Positions 15,796 through 23,721 of a DNA stretch of 32,000 nucleotides are shown here, in pieces (positions within the stretch are counted from its first letter, which is position 1; every line of letters begins with the position of its first letter). The DNA comes from a bacterium (GTDB lineage Bacteria; CG03). The stretch covers positions 82,567-114,566 of the forward strand of contig JBDRRS010000004.1 of NCBI GenBank assembly GCA_043825615.1, given 5' to 3'. The position numbers and the translations under genes are program-made. A model generated the notes under the pieces. That model saw only the letters and a program-made list of their open reading frames with translations, searched no databases and had not been told where the DNA came from.

Positions 15796-17515
15796 TTATA
15801 TTATTTTGAAGGATTAAACTGCATTCCTTCTTGTACTTTTCGGATAGTTGGTCATCAGGGGTAATTTCCAGAACTCTTATAAACTCTTCTATTGCTTTTT
15901 TATACATTCCGGTTATTTTATAAACCATCGCTAAATTAAAATGTGCATCTGAATAATCTGAATTTATTTCTATTGCCCGTTTAAATTCAAGAACGGCTTT
16001 ATTGTATAATTTCTTCGCAGCATAAGCGCCCCCGAGATTGTTGTATAAGGTAACATCTTTGGGGTCCAGTTCAATTGCTCTTTTAAATTCGGAAATTGCC
16101 TCATCATATCTGCCCATTTCACAATAAATAAGCCCAAGATTATTATGAGCGCTTGTATAATCCTGAGAAATTTCGATTACTTTTCCATATTCAGAAATTG
16201 ATTTACCGTACTGTTTATTTTTATCATATTCAACAGCCAGATTATAATGTGCTCTCGCGGATTGAGGAGAACTTTCCACAGTTTTTGTCCAGAGAGTGAG
16301 ATTATTTTTCCAGTCGGTATTTCTTTTAATGGTTCTCACCGCATAAAAGATAAAAATGCAAAAAAATAAAAAATTTACGGCATTTTTAGCTCTTGAAAAG
16401 ACTCTTATTTTCAAGGCAGCTATCGAGAGCAATATACAAAAACCGATTGACGGGAGATACAAAAAACGTTCCGCTATCAATGCCGATATTGGTATAAGGT
16501 TGGATACCGGAATTAACGTAACAAAGAACCAGAAGACGGCAAACGAATATTCCTTATCCGACTTAACGGCAATTACTACGAGAATAATCAGGCATGCGAC
16601 AGCAATAAGAACCCCCGGTTCAAAAAATGATTTTGAAATCGGGAAAGCATATTCAACGCATAATCTACCCGGTAAGAAAAGCAACTTTATATAATAGAGG
16701 AAAACCCTGCTTATGGTGAGCAGAGTAAAATACAATCCCCCTCCCCAATATTTGCCCCGGCTCACTTCTCCCAAAATAGAATATCTTACCAGAATATACA
16801 AACACGCTGCCGCAAGCAAAGGCAGATAATACTTTGCCTTTTTCATGATAACTTTTAAATTTCTTCCTGAAATAAAATAGTAATCGTATATGACCAATAC
16901 GAGAGGCAGAGTTACGGCCATTTCTTTTGACATAAGCGCTACAAGATAGAAAATAATCGCAATTGAGTAATATATCAACTTTAGTTTCGGGTAAGTGCCT
17001 TTAATAAATAGAACAAAAGATGAAAGGAAAAAGAACGCGCACAAAAGGTCCGGCCTGGCTGATATATATGCAACCACTTCAGTTTGCACCGGATGGACTA
17101 TAAAAATAAGGCTTGTAAAAAGAGCAATCTTTGAATTTTTCAAAAATAAATTTATCAGAAAATACACAAGAATACCATTTAAAGCATGTAAAAGAATATT
17201 GATAAAACGGTATCCAAAAGGATTTAATCCCCACACAGAATAATCAATTAGAAAAGAAATAATAGGAATGGGCCTATAGAACCTTATACCGGACTTCTCG
17301 GGACTGCCGACGAAATACGGTGAAGTTAAAACAGCGGGTATCTGTTCTATGCTTTTGTATTTACTGTTTACTATTAAATATTCATCGTCATAAACGAATT
17401 CGTTTTTCAAAGAATTGGCATAGACAAGAAATGAAGCTAAAATTATTAAGCCGATTGCGGGCCATTTTTTTTCAAAAAATCCTGTCTGCTGTTTTGCCCG
17501 GTTTTTTTCTTTCAT
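15779..17515 (-). CDS. GT-C-type (PMT_2/TMTC-like) polytopic membrane glycosyltransferase fused to C-terminal TPR repeats
   Basis: The N-terminal ~400 aa has about 10 TM segments and a first-loop motif YANSLKNEFVYDDE (acidic DD/DE as in PMT, ArnT and TMTC). The C-terminal part has about 5 TPR units (AHYNLAVEY.., AHNNLGLIY.., LYNNLGGAY.., AHFNLAMVY..). Confidence 0.75.
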   Translation of the reverse strand: MKEKNRAKQQTGFFEKKWPAIGLIILASFLVYANSLKNEFVYDDEYLIVNSKYKSIEQIPAVLTSPYFVGSPEKSGIRFYRPIPIISFLIDYSVWGLNPFGYRFINILLHALNGILVYFLINLFLKNSKIALFTSLIFIVHPVQTEVVAYISARPDLLCAFFFLSSFVLFIKGTYPKLKLIYYSIAIIFYLVALMSKEMAVTLPLVLVIYDYYFISGRNLKVIMKKAKYYLPLLAAACLYILVRYSILGEVSRGKYWGGGLYFTLLTISRVFLYYIKLLFLPGRLCVEYAFPISKSFFEPGVLIAVACLIILVVIAVKSDKEYSFAVFWFFVTLIPVSNLIPISALIAERFLYLPSIGFCILLSIAALKIRVFSRAKNAVNFLFFCIFIFYAVRTIKRNTDWKNNLTLWTKTVESSPQSARAHYNLAVEYDKNKQYGKSISEYGKVIEISQDYTSAHNNLGLIYCEMGRYDEAISEFKRAIELDPKDVTLYNNLGGAYAAKKLYNKAVLEFKRAIEINSDYSDAHFNLAMVYKITGMYKKAIEEFIRVLEITPDDQLSEKYKKECSLILQNNIREAKE

Positions 17516-17572
17516 TTGAGTAATAAAATCAAATTATGAAACACAATTATCCATATTTTATTACTTAACCCG

Positions 17573-19024
17573 CTACTTGTCCACATTATCGTATGAATAT
17601 ATATGATAGTAAGTTAAAAGATATTTTATATCAAGCCCGTAATAAAATCCTCTAAATAGATAAGTGAAAAGTCGTATAAAGTATTTAAATTTCTGCTGAT
17701 TCAGCATTCTGAGGAACCTTTTGCCGAATGTTAAAAGATATGCAATCTTTTGAAAATTTTCGGCCTTTTGCGGAGAAACATCTTTTAATCTCACGACTGC
17801 TCCGAATGTGATATTGTCCGCCTCTTTCCACCTCAAAGGACTGACGCTTCCTCCGCACTCTTTTATCTGCTTCACCCCTTCTTTTGTAAACGGCTTGTAA
17901 ATAAAAAACGCCGAGCGTTCCGCATCAAGTTCCCTTGCGAATTCTATCGTTTCCCCGATTGTCCTTTTGTCTTCGCCGGGCCCGCCGATTATATAAAACG
18001 CCGTAAAGCCGATTCCTGCTTTTCTGCAGAGATGAAACATTTCTCTAACTTTATCGTTTGATATGTTTTTTCTATAGATTTCATTTCTGATACGTTCGTT
18101 TCCGCACTCCACGCCGGCTCTAATAATCGCACAGCCGCTTTTCCCGAGGATTTTAATTTTCTTTTCGTTCAAATTGTCAATTCTTGAAAATACGCTGAAG
18201 CGAAATTCTTTATGGAGCCCCAAATTTCTGTATTCACCGCAAAAATTCTCAATCCATTCTTCATTTATCGTAAAAACAGGGTCAAATAACTGGGCAATGC
18301 GTGGAGGATGGTCCAGATTTCTATATTTGTCCCACTGGTATTTTATTTCTCCCGCAAACTGTATGGGGTTTCTCAAGCGAAAATATTCCCCTCCGACTGC
18401 ATCTTTAATTCCACAGGCATCACAGTAGGTGCAGCGATACGGACAACCTCTGCTCCCCTGAATATAAAGCATCCCGAGAAAGTAGAAATATTTTTCGAGG
18501 TCCTCCCACAGATTCCAATCCGGATACGGGAACCGGTCTATATTTTCGATAAATTGTCCGCCCGGGTTCCTTATCAGTTTTTTATTTTCCTTTACCCAGA
18601 TTCCTTTTATTCCTTCCAAACTTTTCCCGTCTTCAACCCTTGAAAGATATTCTTCAAGAGCGAATTCCCCGTCGCCTATACAAACGGCGTCAACTTCCGG
18701 AATAGAAAGAGTCTCTTCCGGATAAACGGAAGCATGATGTCCTCCGAGAATAACAGGAATCCTGTATTTTTCTTTTATTTCTTTAATGATTGTTTTAACA
18801 TATTGCATATACATTGTGTTAGTTGAAATGCCTATGATATCAGGTTTATGTTTTTCAATCCCGGATTTCAGATGTTTCTTCCAGTGCTTGCGATGAAAAA
18901 CCAAATCAAGAATGCTTGCTTTATGCTTTGTTCTTTCATTTATATATGTGGCAATCTGAGTAATACCAATATCAAGCGCGCTGAAATCGCCGCCTAATAC
19001 AGCGTTAACAAACTGGATGTGCAT
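17573..19024 (-). CDS. Cobalamin-binding-domain radical SAM enzyme (class B type)
   Basis: It has an N-terminal Rossmann-like B12-binding region (PDIIGIST....PVILGGHHAS) followed by the GSRGCPYRCTYCD CX3CX2C motif. Confidence 0.85.
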   Translation of the reverse strand: MHIQFVNAVLGGDFSALDIGITQIATYINERTKHKASILDLVFHRKHWKKHLKSGIEKHKPDIIGISTNTMYMQYVKTIIKEIKEKYRIPVILGGHHASVYPEETLSIPEVDAVCIGDGEFALEEYLSRVEDGKSLEGIKGIWVKENKKLIRNPGGQFIENIDRFPYPDWNLWEDLEKYFYFLGMLYIQGSRGCPYRCTYCDACGIKDAVGGEYFRLRNPIQFAGEIKYQWDKYRNLDHPPRIAQLFDPVFTINEEWIENFCGEYRNLGLHKEFRFSVFSRIDNLNEKKIKILGKSGCAIIRAGVECGNERIRNEIYRKNISNDKVREMFHLCRKAGIGFTAFYIIGGPGEDKRTIGETIEFARELDAERSAFFIYKPFTKEGVKQIKECGGSVSPLRWKEADNITFGAVVRLKDVSPQKAENFQKIAYLLTFGKRFLRMLNQQKFKYFIRLFTYLFRGFYYGLDIKYLLTYYHIYSYDNVDK

Positions 19025-19750
19025 TTAAGCCCTTTTTTTAAATAAACTCCGGAACTTCAAAAATAAAACTAAAAAAAACGCTTCTTTAATCATTCTCCAT
19101 GATAACTTGGATGCGCCCGTTTTTCGATTATTAAAAGTAAACGGGAACTCGCCTATTTTAAAACAATCTTCCTTTGCCAGATAATTTATTTCAATCTGGA
19201 CGGCAAAATCCCTGGAACGGATTTTACCGAAATTTATGGCTTCGAGGAATTTCCTGCTCAAACATTTGTAACCGCTGGTGCCGTCGGATAACCCTATATT
19301 CAAAATAACATTAATATATTTATTCGCCAAGCGGCTTAAAATAACTCTTTTCCACGGCCAATTAACCACGTTCAACCTGCCCCCGAGAAATCTCGAGCCA
19401 ATGACCAGATCATATTTTTTCATTAAACTTAAAAATTCGGGGATATACTTAGGATGATGAGATAAATCGGCATCCATCTGAATTACATAATCATACCCGT
19501 TCTTTAAAGCGAATTTATACCCTTCCACATAAGCCGTCCCCATTCCTAATTTCTTCTTTCTATGCATAATAAAAACACAATTTTTATATTTTCCTGCGAG
19601 GGCATTTGCAACAGCACCGGTTCCGTCCGGTGAATTATCATCTATAATTAAAATATGATGCTCCGGGCCCAAATCAAGGATAGCAGATATCAACTCGTTA
19701 ACACTTGACCTTTCATTGTAAGTAGGAACAATAATTAACGTTTTCATCAT
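19025..19750 (-). CDS. GT2 family glycosyltransferase, polyprenyl-phosphate hexose synthase (DPM1/ArnC-like)
   Basis: Supporting blocks are IIVPTYNE...., IIDDNSPDGT, G.G.AY..G, QMDADLSHHP and LSDGTSGYK, in a protein of about 240 aa. Confidence 0.85.
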   Translation of the reverse strand: MMKTLIIVPTYNERSSVNELISAILDLGPEHHILIIDDNSPDGTGAVANALAGKYKNCVFIMHRKKKLGMGTAYVEGYKFALKNGYDYVIQMDADLSHHPKYIPEFLSLMKKYDLVIGSRFLGGRLNVVNWPWKRVILSRLANKYINVILNIGLSDGTSGYKCLSRKFLEAINFGKIRSRDFAVQIEINYLAKEDCFKIGEFPFTFNNRKTGASKLSWRMIKEAFFLVLFLKFRSLFKKRA

Positions 19751-19751
19751 A

Positions 19752-21137
19752 TTACAAAAACCGGTAAATCTTTTGCCTGAGTTTTATCCATCCCCATTCG
19801 GAGAATAAATGTTTAAAAATATAATTGCTTCTCCGGGGATTACAATAGAATTTTATTAACGCTTTAATTTGAAGATACTTTAAGACAGGGTATGAAATAT
19901 CCGGATTCTTAAAAGCATATTGAGAATAATAATTAAAATTGTTCAAATTGTCATCCAATCTGAATTTATGATTATCTTTAACCATCCTATACAAAAATGT
20001 TCCGGGTAATGGGGTGACAAGAGAAAAAGTTGCTTCGTCAATAGGTAAAGAATCGGCGAATGCAATTGTTTCTTTAATTTCATCCGCGGTTTCACCCGGC
20101 GCGCCGAGCATAAAGAAACTCATTACTTTTATTCCGATTTCTTTTGCCTGTTTTATAGTCAGTTTCGCCTGCTCAATGCTAATCCCTTTATTATAAATTT
20201 CATTTAATACCTTCTCTGAGGCAGATTCAACCCCCAAGTGTAAAACCCTCAAACCGGCCGAATACATTCTTTCCATTAATTTTTTATCAAGGGAATCAAC
20301 CCTGCTGTTGCACCCCCAGATTAAATTGAGATTTTCCCTTTCCATGAGGCCGCAAAATTCATTAAGCCATTTATGATTTAACGTAAAAACATCATCATGA
20401 AAATAAATTGCGTCAAGGGAATATTCTTTTTTAATCTGTTTTAATTCCCGGATTAAATTTTCCGGACTTCTCCGGCGGGTTTTCTTTCCAAAAATAAACT
20501 CAAGTGTGGGCTGACAGAATGTGCACCGATAAGGACATCCCCTTGAAGTAATCATCGTAGCGGCTCTTAAATTTGTAGAAATAGAATCAAAGTAAATTAA
20601 ACGCTTCGAATAAAACTCCATTTCTATAAGATCCCTCGCGGGAAACGGTAAAATATCAAGATTTTCTATATAGGTTCGGGAAGAATTTTTGAAAATTTCT
20701 TTTCCTGATTTATACCAAATTCCTTTAATGGCGGTAAAATCTTTCGAATGAAACTTTTCAATTATTTTCTTTAACGTTTCTTCCCCCTCTCCAATTACTA
20801 CAATGTCAACCCAATCTACAAGACCTTCGGGTCTTACTGCAGCGCATGGACCACCTGCAAGAGTGAAAATTCCTAAATCCCTTGTCATTTTTGCTACCTT
20901 AAGGGCACCATTATACATCACAGTATCAAAATAAATACCGGCAATGTCCGGGCTTTCTTCTTTTATTTTTTTGCAGATGTACTTAAACGACGGGTGAAAA
21001 GTAGCATCTATAATTGAAACTTTAACTTCTGAAAAAGTTCGCAGATAAGATGCAAGATAAAGCAGCCCCAGAGGCGGGTCCCCCGTAGAAAGTTTTAACC
21101 GGGGAAAAATTAAGCATACTTTTAATTTATTTTCCAT
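19752..21137 (-). CDS. Cobalamin-binding-domain radical SAM enzyme (class B type), second paralog
   Basis: It has an N-terminal B12-binding-like region (PLGLLYLASYL...PDIAGIY...LAGGPCA) followed by TSRGCPYRCTFCQ. I prefer ATG 21137 over the track TTG at 21176. Confidence 0.85.
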   Translation of the reverse strand: MENKLKVCLIFPRLKLSTGDPPLGLLYLASYLRTFSEVKVSIIDATFHPSFKYICKKIKEESPDIAGIYFDTVMYNGALKVAKMTRDLGIFTLAGGPCAAVRPEGLVDWVDIVVIGEGEETLKKIIEKFHSKDFTAIKGIWYKSGKEIFKNSSRTYIENLDILPFPARDLIEMEFYSKRLIYFDSISTNLRAATMITSRGCPYRCTFCQPTLEFIFGKKTRRRSPENLIRELKQIKKEYSLDAIYFHDDVFTLNHKWLNEFCGLMERENLNLIWGCNSRVDSLDKKLMERMYSAGLRVLHLGVESASEKVLNEIYNKGISIEQAKLTIKQAKEIGIKVMSFFMLGAPGETADEIKETIAFADSLPIDEATFSLVTPLPGTFLYRMVKDNHKFRLDDNLNNFNYYSQYAFKNPDISYPVLKYLQIKALIKFYCNPRRSNYIFKHLFSEWGWIKLRQKIYRFL

Positions 21138-21339
21138 TATATGACCAGACCGAAGATGTAAAAAATTTTCCAGCAAACCTTATGTTTCTTATCCGGTGAT
21201 TTTCGACTATCTGAGAAGTGTCGTCGTAAATAAAGTCATTTTTTAAAGTATTGGCATAAACAATGGAAGAGACCAGAACAATCAGTCCGATTGTAAACCA
21301 GTTTTTCTCAAAAAATTTTTGTTTTTTGATTTCTTTCAT
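21127..21339 (-). pseudogene. 70-codon N-terminal fragment paralogous to the GT-C/TPR gene (first TM plus YAN.LKN.F.YDD loop only)
   Basis: MKEIKKQKFFEKNWFTIGLIVLVSSIVYANTLKNDFIYDDTSQIV aligns with MKEKNRAKQQTGFFEKKWPAIGLIILASFLVYANSLKNEFVYDDEYLIV of 15779-17515. The rest of the protein is missing. Confidence 0.55.
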
Positions 21340-21494
21340 CCGGACAATTCACACTTCTGTCCTCTTTTTCCGGGATTGAGAAAGTTCCGGTTTATGGTCA
21401 TGAGTCCTGTTTCGTTTTTAAAACCTGCCTGAAAATCCAAGAAATATTTATTTCCTTTTATTCTCATGACAATTAAATCCTGATGAATGCTCAT
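21336..21494 (-). CDS. Unlisted 52-aa ORF (MSIHQDLIVMRIKGNKYFLDFQAGFKNETGLMTINRNFLNPGKRGQKCELSG)
   Basis: I translated this by hand. Its TGA overlaps the ATG of the next ORF (ATGA). The Shine-Dalgarno is weak and I recognise no family. Confidence 0.3.
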   Translation of the reverse strand: MSIHQDLIVMRIKGNKYFLDFQAGFKNETGLMTINRNFLNPGKRGQKCELSG

Positions 21495-21534
21495 AACCCT
21501 GTCAATTACCCTTTATTCCCCGTTGTCCATTGTT

Positions 21535-22422
21535 TCAGCCTCTGAAAATTTCAAGGGGGGTCTTGAAAGGGACTTCGCAAATTCCTTTAATCATACCTCC
21601 GAGCCGGACAGTTAGAAAATACCCGTTCTCTTTTTTGTTTTTTTCAAGAACTTCAACAGGTACCGCCTCCTCCCCCGTTACCCCTATCATACGCGCAAGG
21701 TACCGGGCAATCTCGCGGCCGTCGGTAATCCTGACAAAAATCAAGGTTCCCGCAGAAATTTTTTCTATCGTTGCGGGACGCTTAAAAAGAAACTTCCGGC
21801 GGCCCATGACGACTTCGATTTTTAACTTTATCTGGGGAGACCTTGAAATAAATTCCGCTGCGGTGATTTTGCCGGCCGAAGAAATCTGTCTGAAATCAGA
21901 AACGGATATTCTTTCCTTTCTGAATTCAAAAATAACATCTTCGTTTAATATCTTCGTCAGGAGCAGCTTAAGAGACCTCTCAATTTCCGCATAATCGACA
22001 CTGTCAAAAATTGCAAAAAAGGACTCGTGGTCCCCGTCCTGAAAAAATGACCTCACCGCCTGCGTTACGGCAACCGTTTTTTCGTGGACGATTTCTTCGC
22101 TCAGACGCTGCGTGTAAATCTTATTCTCGAATTCGGGCCAGGGCATTGAGAGAGCAGAGGAGAAAACATACGGATTCTGACTGATGGAAACGGCAAACCT
22201 CAAAATTCTTTTCTGAGAGGCATTTAAAACAATGAACAGCATTCCGCAGTTATAACTGCTTTTTGTGGCGAACTTAATTTTTAAAACCACGAGGTTTTTG
22301 TGGCGCGAGGCGAGCCAGCGGAAAGCCATGTTCAGATTATTGCCGTAGATGCGTAAAATTTTTTCGGCGACTCTTTCTGAACAACCCGCCTCGTCAATGA
22401 GAATTTTTGCTTCGTCGGTCAT
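21535..22422 (-). CDS. Hypothetical protein with a UBA/TS-N-like N-terminal helix bundle
   Basis: This is a long ORF with core-like composition, coupled to the cinA stop through a TAATG overlap. The N-terminus is AKILIDEAGCSERVAEKILRIYGNNLNMAFRWL. I recognise no family. Confidence 0.6.
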   Translation of the reverse strand: MTDEAKILIDEAGCSERVAEKILRIYGNNLNMAFRWLASRHKNLVVLKIKFATKSSYNCGMLFIVLNASQKRILRFAVSISQNPYVFSSALSMPWPEFENKIYTQRLSEEIVHEKTVAVTQAVRSFFQDGDHESFFAIFDSVDYAEIERSLKLLLTKILNEDVIFEFRKERISVSDFRQISSAGKITAAEFISRSPQIKLKIEVVMGRRKFLFKRPATIEKISAGTLIFVRITDGREIARYLARMIGVTGEEAVPVEVLEKNKKENGYFLTVRLGGMIKGICEVPFKTPLEIFRG

Positions 22423-23660
22423 TAAAGAAGTTGTTCTCTCAGCATATTCAATGCATACAAACTCGCTTTTTCTTTGATATCGCTTCGGGAACCGCCGAAT
22501 TCAAATTTCCTGCAAACTGATTTTCCGCCGGCTTCGGCGAGCGCAATAAAAACAACACCCTGTTTTACTCCCTGCGAGGGCCCGGGGCCTGCAACGCCGG
22601 TCGTGGAAAGCGCAAAATGAGACCCTGAAAGTTTCAGAAGGCCCTCCGCCATCAGCACCGCCGTTGTCTCGGACACAACGCCTGCCTTTTTGATTTCTTC
22701 CTCAGGGATGCCGAGAACAAGGCATTTCTCCCTTTCCGTGTAAGTTATAACGTCCATATCAAAGAAAGAGGATGCCCCCTTTACGCTTGTTATCAAATCG
22801 GCAATCCGCCCGCCGGTGCATGACTCCGCAACAGACAAGGTCTGGCTCTTCCTGGCGAGGAGAGACCCGCACGCGTACGCAAGAGATTTCCCGTCCGCCC
22901 CATAGACATATTTTCCCAGCGCATCCCGAAATTCCTTTTCTAAAAGAAGCGCACGCTCGTCAAGAATAACCTCATTATCCCCCTTGAGACGGAATTCAAC
23001 GTCCACAATCGCCTTATGAGCAAGAATTGTAAAATCCACCTCAAGCCCTGAAAACTTTTCAACATCGACGATTGACTTTATCTTTTCCTCAACCTCTGAT
23101 TCGGTCAAACCTATTATATGTAACTTTTTTTTCTTGAGAAAAGAAGACGGCAGTTTTTTCAGCATACGCGCAAGAATATATTTTTCAAAGAAAAATTTTA
23201 ACTCCGCGGGGGGGCCCGGAAGAAGTATTATTTCCGTTTTCTTAAAGTCGACAACCTGCGCCGGGGCAGTACCGACGTCATTTTGAAAAATTTCAGCGCC
23301 CTTTAGCACAAACGCCTGGCGCTCCGCGCTCTTCGGCATATCAACGCCGGCCCTTATAAAATAATCCGCAACATTGCGCAGTGTTTCCCTGCTCAAAACT
23401 CTTTTCCTTCCCGTAAATTTGGAAACAGCCGAAACGGTTCTGTCGTCAAAAGTAGGCCCTAGACCACCGACGGTTATCACAAAATTCCCTCTGAGAAATG
23501 CGAATTGGAGAATTTCAAGAATTTCCTCTTCATTATCCGCAACCGTAAAAAATTCGCTTTTTATTCCGAGGGCATCCATTTTACTGCCGAGATATGCCGC
23601 ATCCGAGTTTTCCTTCCCCCTTAAAAGTTCGCTTCCTATAAAAATTATTTCCGCTTTCAT
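22422..23660 (-). CDS. cinA: CinA family protein (MoCF-type N-domain plus PncC nicotinamide-nucleotide amidase domain)
   Basis: Supporting blocks are MKAEIIFIGSELLRGK, GGLGPT.DD and the C-terminal SVAESCTGG. The true start is ATG 23660, preceded by AGGAGGA. Confidence 0.85.
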   Translation of the reverse strand: MKAEIIFIGSELLRGKENSDAAYLGSKMDALGIKSEFFTVADNEEEILEILQFAFLRGNFVITVGGLGPTFDDRTVSAVSKFTGRKRVLSRETLRNVADYFIRAGVDMPKSAERQAFVLKGAEIFQNDVGTAPAQVVDFKKTEIILLPGPPAELKFFFEKYILARMLKKLPSSFLKKKKLHIIGLTESEVEEKIKSIVDVEKFSGLEVDFTILAHKAIVDVEFRLKGDNEVILDERALLLEKEFRDALGKYVYGADGKSLAYACGSLLARKSQTLSVAESCTGGRIADLITSVKGASSFFDMDVITYTEREKCLVLGIPEEEIKKAGVVSETTAVLMAEGLLKLSGSHFALSTTGVAGPGPSQGVKQGVVFIALAEAGGKSVCRKFEFGGSRSDIKEKASLYALNMLREQLL

Positions 23661-23670
23661 GCATCCTCCT

Positions 23671-23721
23671 GTCCCCTTTTTAAGGAAGGGGACGATTCTT
23701 TTCAAGAGCCGTCCCCAACTA
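23671..23721. repeat. GGGGAC-hairpin element at the asmA-like|cinA junction
   Basis: On the plus strand TTAAGGAAGGGGACGATTCTTTTCAAGAGCCGTCCCCAACTA has the same flanks as the his-junction copy. A second small hairpin is gtcccct / aggggac. Confidence 0.75.
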
